Shown here: one piece after another, positions 9,331-19,019 of the stretch | Position numbering within the stretch: position 1 is the stretch's first letter | How the letters are laid out: the number at the start of each line of letters is the position of its first letter | IMG/VR virus record: IMGVR_UViG_3300032313_001394 | Coordinates: 64,001 to 128,000 of that record | Source of the DNA: a virus | DNA: 64,000 nt | Reading direction: 5' to 3' (one strand) | The notes under the pieces: model-generated | Seen by the model: the letters and a program-made list of their open reading frames with translations, nothing else | The model's database searches: none | Told to the model about the DNA's origin: nothing | Program-made: the position numbers and the translations under genes

Positions 9331-9693
9331 TTATTCCATTGGGGTGAAGTGACTTTCTAATACGTGTTTGATTACTTTCTCCATACGGTACTTATCATAT
9401 GTAACATCTTCAAGATATATTTCGTTAGCATTGATTCCGTACGTTTGGTCTTCGAGTAATTCTACACCTTCGTTATCTAAATCGGAAACGATATCCTCTG
9501 CAATTTGATCTATTACCATCGGTGATAATATTCTTGTTCCTAACATATCTGTAGCAACACCTAATTGCGACTTCATTTGATCGGTCATTGCTGTTTTTTC
9601 AAGGATATACTCCATTGTTTCGCCATCAACGTCGATTCCGTTTAATAATGCGATTACTGCTGTTACGATTGTTTTTTGATCTTCGTTTACCAT
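9331..9693 (-). CDS. Acidic hypothetical protein
   Basis: 120 aa; promoter motif at 9730. Confidence 0.6.
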   Translation of the reverse strand: MVNEDQKTIVTAVIALLNGIDVDGETMEYILEKTAMTDQMKSQLGVATDMLGTRILSPMVIDQIAEDIVSDLDNEGVELLEDQTYGINANEIYLEDVTYDKYRMEKVIKHVLESHFTPME

Positions 9694-9749
9694 TGTCTGT
9701 TTATTTATTGGTTTAAATTCTTATTATATTTAAAGATAATTTAGAAATT

Positions 9750-10064
9750 TTATTTAACCAAGGTATACGTTTCATTTACCTCGTATACTTTACAATTTAA
9801 ATGTTTTAACTTAATTTGAAAACTAGACCCGTCTACTTTTTTTCCGTTTTCATCCACTTTAGCTTTTAAACTTGTAAATGTTGTTTCTAAATCAAAGTTT
9901 TTAGTAGTGGAGAAATATTTCGAATCTTTAGTTACATGTCTGCCTGTATAATATGGATTTATGTAACCAAATTTAATGTTGTATTTATAGAACTCATTTA
10001 ATTCATTCGCACCTAATTCATTTAAACCTGTTACTTCAACATAGTATTGTTTTTTATCTTTCAT
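9750..10064 (-). CDS. Hypothetical early protein
   Basis: 104 aa; AAAC leader; promoter motif at 10086. Confidence 0.6.
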   Translation of the reverse strand: MKDKKQYYVEVTGLNELGANELNEFYKYNIKFGYINPYYTGRHVTKDSKYFSTTKNFDLETTFTSLKAKVDENGKKVDGSSFQIKLKHLNCKVYEVNETYTLVK

Positions 10065-10105
10065 GTTTGTTTGTTTTAATATATTGTAAAGGTAATTTAG
10101 AAAGT

Positions 10106-10270
10106 TTAATCTTTCAAATTATATACGTAGTATCTTATTGGTTCGCCACTACTACTTTGTATTTCGTTCATTTGTGGTTCTGATCCAATGGATTCGAATA
10201 GCTGTTGTGATCCTGTAGGATCCACTTGAAACATGTAATTAATCGTTGTTTGTAGGTAGATTTGTTTCAT
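10106..10270 (-). CDS. Small hypothetical protein (54 aa, not in ORF track)
   Basis: MKQIYLQTTINYMFQVDP...; TAATG overlap with the upstream ORF. Confidence 0.55.
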   Translation of the reverse strand: MKQIYLQTTINYMFQVDPTGSQQLFESIGSEPQMNEIQSSSGEPIRYYVYNLKD

Positions 10271-10443
10271 TACTTGATTTCCCATTCATTTTCAAACATC
10301 AATGTGTTAACGTAATCATCTAAATGTTGATATAATTTACCCATATCTACACCTAATTCCGTTTCTTTTTGGAGACTGAATGCAATTGTTGATGCTTGGT
10401 CCAAATGGAATATTAATTGTTGTAATTCTGTTGGTTGTGCCAT
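10270..10443 (-). CDS. Small hypothetical protein (57 aa, not in ORF track)
   Basis: MAQPTELQQLIFHLDQ...ENEWEIK*. Confidence 0.55.
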   Translation of the reverse strand: MAQPTELQQLIFHLDQASTIAFSLQKETELGVDMGKLYQHLDDYVNTLMFENEWEIK

Positions 10444-10444
10444 G

Positions 10445-10750
10445 TTATTGTATTTTAGATTCTAATTTAACAATGAAATCAAACGCGTCTATTTTACCTC
10501 CAACGTGGAATATCGTTAATTCATTTAACGTGTATTCGCGATCGTATGTTTTCCAATCGTAGATAGTAAAGTAATCGTTTTTGAATTTAACTACCCATTC
10601 CACCTGTGTTTTATCATCACCTGATGGTGTGTTAAATGTAGGTTCGCCTAATACAGCTACTAATTGTTTGTAGGTAGCGGCTGTGTAGCCTTTTAATGAT
10701 GTGCCGCATGTTTGATTTGATGCGAATTCTTGATTTCTTAATGTTCTCAT
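10445..10750 (-). CDS. Phage hypothetical protein
   Basis: GTSLKGY...TY..LV..LGEP, DKTQVEW, TIYDWK motifs typical of a phage early-protein family. Confidence 0.65.
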   Translation of the reverse strand: MRTLRNQEFASNQTCGTSLKGYTAATYKQLVAVLGEPTFNTPSGDDKTQVEWVVKFKNDYFTIYDWKTYDREYTLNELTIFHVGGKIDAFDFIVKLESKIQ

Positions 10751-10796
10751 GTTCGTTTGTTTTAATTATTATAATTAAATATAACTAGGAAATCTC

Positions 10797-11111
10797 TTAA
10801 ATCCTATTCATACGGAATCGATTTCTAATGTCCCATATATTCAAACTTGAATCGGATTCAATCAAGTCACCTTTAATTAGTTTACCTGATTTACCTACAA
10901 CTGTGTTGTAGATACTGTAGCCGTATTTTGAATGTTGAACGATAATTGATCGTCCGTTATATGATAACCATTTTGAATCGCGTATCTTTTCTAATTTAAC
11001 TTCTGAATTAGCTGCTTTTACTCGTGGTTCAACCATCTTATCTATTAATGATAAAGTTGATTGTAATTGTTCTACAGGTAATTCGTTAATTAGTTTTAAT
11101 ATCTCTTCCAT
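10797..11111 (-). CDS. Hypothetical protein
   Basis: 104 aa ORF. Confidence 0.55.
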   Translation of the reverse strand: MEEILKLINELPVEQLQSTLSLIDKMVEPRVKAANSEVKLEKIRDSKWLSYNGRSIIVQHSKYGYSIYNTVVGKSGKLIKGDLIESDSSLNIWDIRNRFRMNRI

Positions 11112-11113
11112 GA

Positions 11114-11302
11114 TTATTTCTTTCTAGTTAGTGAAGCGATTTTAGATTTGAGCTCATTAGCAGCCATTGCTGGATATTTGATATCGAACATAACGCGATG
11201 TCCCTTTGCTTCTGCTTCGGTGATTTCCTTTTCAAATTGAGCTACCCATAGCTCTAATGCTTGTTCAATTACGAATTGATCGTGTCCGTTTAACTTTTTC
11301 AT
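11114..11302 (-). CDS. Hypothetical protein
   Basis: 62 aa; promoter motif at 11332. Confidence 0.6.
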   Translation of the reverse strand: MKKLNGHDQFVIEQALELWVAQFEKEITEAEAKGHRVMFDIKYPAMAANELKSKIASLTRKK

Positions 11303-11356
11303 GTTTGTTTGTTTAAATTTTTAACTTATAATTAAATATAATTAAGAAAAGGTGAC

Positions 11357-11734
11357 CTAAATGGCCACCTCTTCTCTTTCTAATTCAACAATATCGTCTT
11401 CTTTTAACTTATACAATTCCATTTCTAAATAGGCGATCTTTGCTTTGCGATACTCTTCATTTACAATTTGTAATAAGTCATTTAACTCTTCATCTGTAAT
11501 GTCGATTTGAAATCCTACTTTGTAATTGTTATCACGAGTTGAATATCTCATAATTTCTACCTTTTCATTGTAACGTTCTCCAAATGTAACTGATGTTACG
11601 TTGTGATTTTCGGAATACCATACTGTGATATGATCTGAAAATTTGCTGTGTGTTTCGTTTGGTAGATTCTGTAATATACCTAATCCACGTACTTGCTCGA
11701 ATAATGTTTTGAATTGATTTAATTCGTTTCTCAT
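11357..11734 (-). CDS. Hypothetical protein
   Basis: 125 aa; promoter motif at 11772. Confidence 0.6.
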   Translation of the reverse strand: MRNELNQFKTLFEQVRGLGILQNLPNETHSKFSDHITVWYSENHNVTSVTFGERYNEKVEIMRYSTRDNNYKVGFQIDITDEELNDLLQIVNEEYRKAKIAYLEMELYKLKEDDIVELEREEVAI

Positions 11735-11796
11735 TTGTTTGTTATTTAAATTATTTAACTTTTATTACATATTAAAGATAATAAGGAAATTTTTGA

Positions 11797-12150
11797 TTAC
11801 CAACTCGAACTGTAGTACAAGTCGTCTAAACAGTATGATTTAAATTCGAGTATATAATTGATTTCACTTTTTGTTTCTTTCAAATTATAATAATAACTAT
11901 CATCATATTCAACACCACCGAAGAAGAATCCGCTTTGAGTAGGTAATAACTGTTCTGCTAAGTTATTATCATTCAATACATCATTACAGGCATTATGTAA
12001 TTGAATTAAATGTTCTTTAGTTACTTTATATTGACCACAATCATCAACACCGTTTTGAACGTTGTCTACGAACCATTTGTGTATAGCATTTGCTTTACGC
12101 CATGAGGTAATCGCATTACCATCATGAATTAACATCATGTCTAATCCCAT
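11797..12150 (-). CDS. Phage hypothetical protein (MGLDM...WRKANAIH.WF...Y.SSW family)
   Basis: MGLDM, WRKANAIHKWF, LLPTQSGFFFG and YYSSSW motifs. Confidence 0.7.
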   Translation of the reverse strand: MGLDMMLIHDGNAITSWRKANAIHKWFVDNVQNGVDDCGQYKVTKEHLIQLHNACNDVLNDNNLAEQLLPTQSGFFFGGVEYDDSYYYNLKETKSEINYILEFKSYCLDDLYYSSSW

Positions 12151-12152
12151 AA

Positions 12153-12350
12153 TTATTTTTTTAAATTTAAACGTATATGTTCTTTACTAATGAAGTAATC
12201 TAAACTCGCTGCTGCGTTTTGAATTACTAATAGTAAATCGATTTGTGATAGTACTGGATCGGTATTTAACAGTTGCTGTGATGCTTTAGCAATCATATTG
12301 CTGTAGTACTCAATTTTGGGCATGTAGCCGTTCGGATATTTATTTTTCAT
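12153..12350 (-). CDS. Hypothetical protein
   Basis: 65 aa; promoter motif at 12375. Confidence 0.6.
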   Translation of the reverse strand: MKNKYPNGYMPKIEYYSNMIAKASQQLLNTDPVLSQIDLLLVIQNAAASLDYFISKEHIRLNLKK

Positions 12351-12395
12351 GTTTGTTTGTTTTAATTATTATATTTAAATATAATTAAGAAAGTC

Positions 12396-12656
12396 TTAAA
12401 ATTCAATCATTGAAATTGGTACATTATATGAACCAACCGTACCTTCAATCTGTAGAATCGCTTTAGTACGTTTTACTTGTTTTACAATCAATGATTTGCC
12501 TTGTAATGTGGGGTGATTTACTTTCACTTTATCACCAATATTCAATTCAAATTGAGCAATTAACTGTTTACGTTTCAATTTAATTGTTTTAACAACCATT
12601 TCGTTTAATGTACGTAATTGCTCTAATGTTAGTTGATTTAATTGTGCTTGTGTCAT
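12396..12656 (-). CDS. Small KOW/SH3-like hypothetical protein
   Basis: LNIGDKVKV...IVKQVKRTKA...YNVPISMI. Confidence 0.55.
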   Translation of the reverse strand: MTQAQLNQLTLEQLRTLNEMVVKTIKLKRKQLIAQFELNIGDKVKVNHPTLQGKSLIVKQVKRTKAILQIEGTVGSYNVPISMIEF

Positions 12657-12662
12657 GTTTAT

Positions 12663-12851
12663 TTATTTATATAAATTCATTAATAGACCATCTATGAAAC
12701 AATGTAATTCATTTTCAGTTTCAATACATCCTTCATAATAATCAACTACTTGATCAATAAATCGTTGTTGTAATTCAGGTGTTGTTAGATAACTGTCTTT
12801 AAAATCTTCTGCTAATTCAGTTATATAGGCTTTTACACTTTGAGTATCCAT
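12663..12851 (-). CDS. Acidic hypothetical protein
   Basis: 62 aa; promoter motif at 12879. Confidence 0.55.
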   Translation of the reverse strand: MDTQSVKAYITELAEDFKDSYLTTPELQQRFIDQVVDYYEGCIETENELHCFIDGLLMNLYK

Positions 12852-12907
12852 ATGTTTGTTTAAATTATTTATTACAAGTTAAATATAATAAGGAAAACTT
12901 TAATACT

Positions 12908-13657
12908 CTATTGAGCATTAAAGTAATCCATGACCTCGTTAACAGACATCTTTCTGAATACAGTGTCTACTTTCTCACGTGTATATTCTCTATCAGGTGT
13001 ACTATATACTTCAAACACTATATAACTACCTGATTTAAATGTAACTGTAACAGTATCGAATTCTGTATAATTACCTCTACCACGATTATAACCTTTACCT
13101 GCTTTTACTTCAGCGTCTGGGTATAGTTTCTTGTATTTATCAATTGTATATTCTACTGTTGATTTAGTTTTATTAGCGATTTCGTATTTGTATTTAGCCG
13201 TTTCAGCTGCTTTAGCGATGTTAGCTAATAATGTTGTTGGTTTAAGAGCGCGTGAATTTTGAGTTAATGAATAACATTCAAGTTTATCACCACGTAAATC
13301 AACCCATGCTTTGCGTTTAATAATTTTATTTTGGCCAGCATCATATTCATCAAATAAGATATAAAATTTACCATTGAAATGATCTAATTCAACTTCAACC
13401 ATTTTACGATCTTCTCTCCATGAGTTGACATTAATTTCACGCATCACCTTAATACAGTCAGTACTATAACCATATTGAGAATTTGTAAATCCAGCTTCAT
13501 CAACTAAATTTACTTTACGTAACACTTCATCTTGTTGACGTTGCATTTGCTTTGTAGCTGATATTTTTTCATCTGCAACTCGTTGTTCTTGTTCTACAGT
13601 TAACATATCTGCAAACAATGGTAATTGGTTTGGGGCAATTTCGATTATATTTTCCAT
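12908..13657 (-). CDS. Hypothetical early protein
   Basis: 249 aa; promoter motif at 13682. Confidence 0.7.
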   Translation of the reverse strand: MENIIEIAPNQLPLFADMLTVEQEQRVADEKISATKQMQRQQDEVLRKVNLVDEAGFTNSQYGYSTDCIKVMREINVNSWREDRKMVEVELDHFNGKFYILFDEYDAGQNKIIKRKAWVDLRGDKLECYSLTQNSRALKPTTLLANIAKAAETAKYKYEIANKTKSTVEYTIDKYKKLYPDAEVKAGKGYNRGRGNYTEFDTVTVTFKSGSYIVFEVYSTPDREYTREKVDTVFRKMSVNEVMDYFNAQ

Positions 13658-13699
13658 ATTTGTTTGTTTAAATTATTATACTTAAATATAATTAAGAAA

Positions 13700-13996
13700 T
13701 TAAACACCTATATTATTAAGTGCTTTTTCATATTTATCAATCTCAGGAATAATAACTGTTTGAATATAATCATTAAACAACGTTTCGTGTTCAATCATTT
13801 CTGCAGGCGCCCAATTGTAAGTACATACATCATAATATGATCTATGATACGACATTGACTCGTTTGGATAATTTTCATTAGTCAATGTGTACGTTCCATC
13901 ACCCTCAATATCGTCTACTTCATACTCTGGATAGTTTTCAGTTAACCATGTTAGGAACGTTTTGTTAATTAATTTGCGTTTTTCTGTCTTATTCAT
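13700..13996 (-). CDS. Hypothetical early protein
   Basis: 98 aa; promoter motif at 14022. Confidence 0.6.
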   Translation of the reverse strand: MNKTEKRKLINKTFLTWLTENYPEYEVDDIEGDGTYTLTNENYPNESMSYHRSYYDVCTYNWAPAEMIEHETLFNDYIQTVIIPEIDKYEKALNNIGV

Positions 13997-14039
13997 ATGT
14001 TTGTTTATTTATTTGTACAGATTAAAGATAATAAGGAAA

Positions 14040-14055
14040 GAGGGCTAAAGCCCTC
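14040..14055 (-). terminator. Intrinsic terminator abutting the promoter motif
   Basis: gagggct-aa-agccctc, then TTTCC on the minus strand. Confidence 0.65.
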
Positions 14056-14063
14056 TATCCATG

Positions 14064-14312
14064 TTATTCACCTCTATTTCCCGCTTTCTGGAATTTCTTA
14101 TAATCAGGAATACCTTCGAAATTACGTTGCCAATAATCGAAGTCCTTCTCGCTCATCGGCATTCCGAATACGTGGTATTCTTTTAATTTGCGATCACCTT
14201 GTGGAATGAATGCAGGTCCATCTGAGTTGTGGAATTGTTTCTTACCACCTCGATCAATGTAATAGCCGATTGTTCCGTCTGCTGTTTTAAATTTACCGTA
14301 CTTTAATTTCAT
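14064..14312 (-). CDS. Protein with a single H.xDGPA beta-hairpin repeat unit
   Basis: FHNSDGPAFI...KEYHVFG. Confidence 0.6.
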   Translation of the reverse strand: MKLKYGKFKTADGTIGYYIDRGGKKQFHNSDGPAFIPQGDRKLKEYHVFGMPMSEKDFDYWQRNFEGIPDYKKFQKAGNRGE

Positions 14313-14316
14313 AACT

Positions 14317-14442
14317 TTATTTTTTAATGTTCCACTTTTTTTCTAAATAATCGTAATAGCGTTGTGTTTTATTTCCATTATATAGGAAATATACTAAATG
14401 GATATCAATCCAAAATTCAATTTTACGTAGTAGCTGTTTCAT
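14317..14442 (-). CDS. Small hypothetical protein (41 aa, not in ORF track)
   Basis: MKQLLRKIEFWIDIHLVYFLYNGNK...; ATGA overlap with the upstream gene. Confidence 0.5.
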   Translation of the reverse strand: MKQLLRKIEFWIDIHLVYFLYNGNKTQRYYDYLEKKWNIKK

Positions 14443-15164
14443 CTTTTATATGTGTTAAATTTAATTTCACCGTTATCCGTACTAATTTGTTCTAAAATCA
14501 TATACTGACCTGATGTACCTAATGTATCAATATAGTAGTAACGACCACCTGTTGATTTACCTTCAGTATCAATCTTACCTTGTGTAGTATGACCTACAAC
14601 TTGAATAAATTGGTCACGTAATGTATCACGATTCGCAGCCTGTAATGAATAGGGGCGAATCCAAATCGGTGATGATATTTTACTGTCACCATATGGATCA
14701 CGACCTGCAAATCCAAATACATTTGGGGTATATTCCCATAAATCATTTACTTTCTCTTCAACTGATTCCCATCCTTCCCATTTATTAATCTTTAACCAAT
14801 CATAACTAACACCAGCATGAGTAAATAAGAAATCACCCATTTGATAACACATTTGCATGTGTTGTCTATTTTCATATAATAACTGCTCAATGGCGGGTCT
14901 TGCCCCACTTTGATATCCTGAATAATATTGAGTAACACCACGCATGTAATGGTAATCGTGGTTACCAATCAACATAATTACTTCAGATTGGCCTGATTGT
15001 TTCCAATCAATAATTTCCTGAAAGTTATGCATCTGCTCAACTGCGGTATTATCAAATGAATCAAAGTAATCACCAATGAATATAACTCGATCTGGAGATT
15101 CGCTTGCTACGATTTGCTTCCAATGTGGGCGACCATGTGTGTCGCCTAATATAACTGTTTTCAT
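14439..15164 (-). CDS. Calcineurin-like metallophosphoesterase
   Basis: GDTHG, GDYFD, GNHD, THAG, VGHT motifs. Confidence 0.85.
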   Translation of the reverse strand: MKTVILGDTHGRPHWKQIVASESPDRVIFIGDYFDSFDNTAVEQMHNFQEIIDWKQSGQSEVIMLIGNHDYHYMRGVTQYYSGYQSGARPAIEQLLYENRQHMQMCYQMGDFLFTHAGVSYDWLKINKWEGWESVEEKVNDLWEYTPNVFGFAGRDPYGDSKISSPIWIRPYSLQAANRDTLRDQFIQVVGHTTQGKIDTEGKSTGGRYYYIDTLGTSGQYMILEQISTDNGEIKFNTYKR

Positions 15165-15166
15165 AA

Positions 15167-15385
15167 CTATATATGTAAATGGTCTTTAATGTTTTGAATA
15201 TGCTTACACACTTTAGTACGTCCACATTGGAATGCTAAGCAATTGCATTTCAATTGGTTATCTTGATTTCGTACTACCTTATAATCTTGGTATTTACCTT
15301 TTTTATCTTTGGATCCCATCACTATATAAGTGATTGTCCATTTTTCAGTTGGTATCTGTGTTGATTTTGGTCGTCCTCTGGGCAT
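15167..15385 (-). CDS. SWIM zinc-finger protein with an N-terminal AT-hook
   Basis: PRGRPK; CxC...CKH (CNCLAF...VCKHI). Confidence 0.7.
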   Translation of the reverse strand: MPRGRPKSTQIPTEKWTITYIVMGSKDKKGKYQDYKVVRNQDNQLKCNCLAFQCGRTKVCKHIQNIKDHLHI

Positions 15386-15530
15386 CTGATAGTTGGTTTT
15401 GTAATTGACGTATTTCTAATTGTAACATTTTATATTCATTTGAGCGTAGTCCATCTTTACTCGACAACAATATTATTGTTGACTGATTGTGTAAATTCAT
15501 CAGTTGAGTAATTATAGTATTTGTTTCCAC
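15345..15530 (-). CDS. Hypothetical protein
   Basis: 61 aa, GTG start. Confidence 0.4.
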   Translation of the reverse strand: METNTIITQLMNLHNQSTIILLSSKDGLRSNEYKMLQLEIRQLQNQLSDAQRTTKINTDTN

Positions 15531-15538
15531 TGCTCATA

Positions 15539-15733
15539 TTATATACACATATAAATATAATGGGACATATCTCTATGTCCCTTATGTTTTACTTGATATA
15601 ATTTATCTCGTTTACCTTTACCTGTTCGTTGTGTTGTCATTCTGGATATGATATGACAACTTTCACCTATTGATAGTGGTTCCGGTTTAAATTGAGATAA
15701 TATTTCTGCGAATGTTAATTTGTTATTTTTCAT
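15539..15733 (-). CDS. Small basic hypothetical protein
   Basis: 64 aa; promoter motif at 15737. Confidence 0.55.
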   Translation of the reverse strand: MKNNKLTFAEILSQFKPEPLSIGESCHIISRMTTQRTGKGKRDKLYQVKHKGHRDMSHYIYMCI

Positions 15734-15756
15734 ATCTTAAAGATAATAAGGAAATC

Positions 15757-16374
15757 TTATTTATCCAAACCTGCTAACTTACCTAATCGCTCATACATTG
15801 AAGCATAGTCACGAGGTACTTCACGGTTCGCTTCCTCTTCCTCATAATCGTCTACCATTGCTTTATCTCTATCTGATAATGGTTTATTAGGTAATGCTTT
15901 ATCTTCATCACTTAGATGATCAGTATTATCAGGTTCGATTTCGTCTATTGCTTCTTGAGCACGAGCATAATATTCGCTTGCTTTATCAAGGTATAATTTG
16001 GTTGCTTGATCATTGATAGTTGGATCCATAGCTAATGTTCTATATTCATAGAATTTATCCATTAAAAACTTTATATAATCAGCTGGACTCATTTCGTCTT
16101 TAGCATCAGGACCAAACTCTTCTATCACTTCATTAATTTCAGATGTTAATGGAGATAATTCATACCAATATAAATAACCTGTATCTTCATCATAATCATC
16201 ATATTCTTCTGCTTTTAAACCTAATTTAGCTAAACCAGCATTTAATCCATTTAAATCTCTTTGACGATTCCAATATCCTGTTCTGATATATGGTTTTGCA
16301 CTTTGTAAACGATCAATTTGAGCATTAGGTTCTAATTCTAAAACGCCTTGTATTTGTTCTGGAGTTAATTTCAT
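15757..16374 (-). CDS. Acidic hypothetical protein, possibly virion-internal
   Basis: 205 aa; C-terminal ERLGKLAGL; TATATTTATA upstream. Confidence 0.6.
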   Translation of the reverse strand: MKLTPEQIQGVLELEPNAQIDRLQSAKPYIRTGYWNRQRDLNGLNAGLAKLGLKAEEYDDYDEDTGYLYWYELSPLTSEINEVIEEFGPDAKDEMSPADYIKFLMDKFYEYRTLAMDPTINDQATKLYLDKASEYYARAQEAIDEIEPDNTDHLSDEDKALPNKPLSDRDKAMVDDYEEEEANREVPRDYASMYERLGKLAGLDK

Positions 16375-16414
16375 TTTATTATTTATTCATTTGATATAAA
16401 TATAATTAAGAAAA

Positions 16415-16430
16415 GGGAACCTAAGTTCCC
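16415..16430 (-). terminator. Intrinsic terminator abutting the promoter motif
   Basis: gggaac-ctaa-gttccc, then TTTTC on the minus strand. Confidence 0.65.
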
Positions 16431-16454
16431 CTTAATTAAAATACTAATATGAAA

Positions 16455-16628
16455 TTACTGAACATTCTTAGCTGTATCAACAGCAGCAGTATCAGCAACA
16501 ACTGTATCTGCAGCAATAGTATCTACTGTAGTTGAGTCAGCAGTAGCAGTTTCTGTTTTAGAACCACATGATGTAGCTGCTAATGCGATAAATAATGCAA
16601 CGAATGTTAATGCGAATAAATTTTTCAT
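16455..16628 (-). CDS. Small lipoprotein with D-S/T repeats (57 aa, not in ORF track)
   Basis: MKNLFALTFVALFIALAATSC-GSKTETATADSTTVDTIAADTVVADTAAVDTAKNVQ*. Confidence 0.75.
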   Translation of the reverse strand: MKNLFALTFVALFIALAATSCGSKTETATADSTTVDTIAADTVVADTAAVDTAKNVQ

Positions 16629-16629
16629 T

Positions 16630-16818
16630 TTACTTTGGTTTATTTTTATTTAATTGTTTAATATACTCACGATTACGAATATGAAATCCATTAATCCCTA
16701 AACGATGGTAACGTTTTAAGTTAGTACGTTTGTGGTGGAATCGTCCAGTTTCACGTACATACGTATAACAACTCGACGTTAAAACTGAAATTACGATAAA
16801 TAATAATAACTTTTTCAT
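16630..16818 (-). CDS. Small basic lipoprotein
   Basis: Lipobox LTSSC after a hydrophobic signal. Confidence 0.6.
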   Translation of the reverse strand: MKKLLLFIVISVLTSSCYTYVRETGRFHHKRTNLKRYHRLGINGFHIRNREYIKQLNKNKPK

Positions 16819-16844
16819 ATGATTTAAATGTAGTTAAGAAATCC

Positions 16845-17993
16845 TTAAAATCCAATCTTGCGTTTTGTATCTACTGCTTTGTATTCTACTTCTTGTAAGT
16901 TATATATTTCAGTTAATGTCATATCATCAGTAGCGACATGATCTATTCCTAAATGCTTAATCAATTTATTTACGTCGTCGACTTTTAATTTATCGAATTT
17001 ATGTTCAGCAATTAATCTACCTTTACGTAATAATGCTGTATCGATTTTCTTACGATCCATATTGAATGTAGCAACGATCTGGATATTTAATATATCACCT
17101 AATATACCGTCAGTTAAGTTCAGGATATTTGATACACCGTTTGCTCCATTAGCATCTCGGTCAGTAATAACACGTTCAGCGTCTTCAATGAATAGAATCG
17201 AATCACTGTTTTCAATTAGAAACGGAGTCATCTCAGGTGAGGTGATGAAGTCCACCAAATAGGGTGGAACGAACATCACCTTCTTGTCCTTGATTTTAGA
17301 GGCTAAATATTTTAAATAATGTGTTTTACCTGTACCTGGTTCACCATGTAATAGTACTAATCCCTTACCTTTCTTTTGATTCAGTGTTTTAAGTATTTTA
17401 TCATGAATGGGGAGAAATGATGAACCATAGTTATGTTCTAAATCTAATTTCTGTTTAGGCAGATCGAATGTTTGGGTATCATATCCATGACGAGTCTGAA
17501 CGATTAATGATATATTATTTTCCCGTTTTGGTTTTTTCTTTAGAATCTTAAGTAAACTATCCTTCAATAACTGGAATCCATCATTACTAATATTGGAATA
17601 TAATGTTATACCTCCTTCATTATAATCTTCATCATCGTCATCTTTAGTATGGTTTACTTCAGTAAATGGACTAAACTTTAATAATACCATTGCTGGTTCT
17701 TGATTTGAATCTAGAACTAATTTTCTAAATACTTTCGTTTCAGAACGTTTTTTATATGAAGTATAATTTACACTATGTATTTCTTCAAAATTCCATTTAG
17801 TTAACCATGATTTCATCTCCTCTAACTTAAACGAATATCCTGAAAGATATTCATATATAGTCATCCACTTATCAGTTTGAGCTGTAAAATAGTGAGCTAT
17901 TGGGAATTCATCAATATCAGAATTATGGAATGGAGTATTATTCATTGTTTCGTGTTTACCCTTAGTTAAATCATTTATGCTTATATAAGTCAT
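16845..17993 (-). CDS. AAA+ ATPase
   Basis: Walker A GEPGTGKT, Walker B LFIED, SRH DTALLRKGR, C-terminal KIGF. Confidence 0.9.
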   Translation of the reverse strand: MTYISINDLTKGKHETMNNTPFHNSDIDEFPIAHYFTAQTDKWMTIYEYLSGYSFKLEEMKSWLTKWNFEEIHSVNYTSYKKRSETKVFRKLVLDSNQEPAMVLLKFSPFTEVNHTKDDDDEDYNEGGITLYSNISNDGFQLLKDSLLKILKKKPKRENNISLIVQTRHGYDTQTFDLPKQKLDLEHNYGSSFLPIHDKILKTLNQKKGKGLVLLHGEPGTGKTHYLKYLASKIKDKKVMFVPPYLVDFITSPEMTPFLIENSDSILFIEDAERVITDRDANGANGVSNILNLTDGILGDILNIQIVATFNMDRKKIDTALLRKGRLIAEHKFDKLKVDDVNKLIKHLGIDHVATDDMTLTEIYNLQEVEYKAVDTKRKIGF

Positions 17994-18232
17994 TATTTAA
18001 TGTAGATATACTGTGACTTATTACGCTTTTCAAATGCTTTATCAGCTTTCCAATTTTGAATCTGCCATTCAGCTAATTCTTTACTTTGAAACGAAGCATA
18101 GTGTTCTACCCAATGTAGTCCAACTCGTTGAGATGGAGTGTAATACGTTTGTGCTTCGGTTTCGTTTACTCTAATTCGATAAGCTGAGCAACTACTTAGT
18201 AGTACTGTTGCTAATATTAGTAATTTTTTCAT
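17993..18232 (-). CDS. Small lipoprotein
   Basis: Lipobox LSSC. Confidence 0.6.
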   Translation of the reverse strand: MKKLLILATVLLSSCSAYRIRVNETEAQTYYTPSQRVGLHWVEHYASFQSKELAEWQIQNWKADKAFEKRNKSQYIYIK

Positions 18233-18855
18233 TGTATTCGTTTTACGTGATGATCAAATTCAAATCCTGATTTGATCGGTTGATTATTTATCAATGTTAA
18301 TACTTTACTTAACGATATTGGATCCATTCCGTTACCATCCATCCCTACATCCATCATTTTACCTTTACCAATACGACGATCAGAAGGTAAGTGAACGTGT
18401 CCGTGTAAGTGAATTACACCATCATTCATTTTATTCCATGACATGATTGGATAGTGCATCAATACGAAGTTATGTTGCTTATTAACTTCTAACTCAACGT
18501 ATTGATTAACTGAAGTAAATAATCGTCTAATATCTTCACGATCTCGTTCGATGTGATGATCGTGGTTACCTAATATTAAGTGGATGTTTTTACAATTAAT
18601 ACGATTACGGAATTGTTCAATCATTTCAAACCCACCAAACGACCAATCACCTAAGTGGAACAAGATATCATCTTGACCTACTTCAGCATTAATACCAGCT
18701 ACAATTCGATCATTCATTTGATCTAATGTTTTAAAATCACGAGTAATATCTTCAGCATCAGTCCAACGAGTTGTACCTCTACAAATGTTAGTATGATTGT
18801 AATGAGTATCTGATGTAAAGTATAATCGTTGATTTGGTTCTAATTTTAATCTCAT
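18229..18855 (-). CDS. Calcineurin-like metallophosphoesterase
   Basis: FTSDTH, HLGD, GNHD, HYP, HGHVH motifs. Confidence 0.85.
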   Translation of the reverse strand: MRLKLEPNQRLYFTSDTHYNHTNICRGTTRWTDAEDITRDFKTLDQMNDRIVAGINAEVGQDDILFHLGDWSFGGFEMIEQFRNRINCKNIHLILGNHDHHIERDREDIRRLFTSVNQYVELEVNKQHNFVLMHYPIMSWNKMNDGVIHLHGHVHLPSDRRIGKGKMMDVGMDGNGMDPISLSKVLTLINNQPIKSGFEFDHHVKRIQ

Positions 18856-19019
18856 CCTATTTGTATTTTATCGTCTTCATCTAATCCAAATAAATCATCA
18901 CCCTTATAATTTGGATGATTTTTATGCATATAATCAATTCCAATGGCCCAACGCCAAACAATAACAGCACATACTATTAAAACTAATAATACACCCGGAA
19001 TATATTTTACGAATTCCAT
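18852..19019 (-). CDS. Small membrane protein (55 aa, not in ORF track)
   Basis: MEFVKYIPGVLLVLIVCAVIVWRWAIGIDYMHKNHPNYKG... Confidence 0.55.
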   Translation of the reverse strand: MEFVKYIPGVLLVLIVCAVIVWRWAIGIDYMHKNHPNYKGDDLFGLDEDDKIQIG

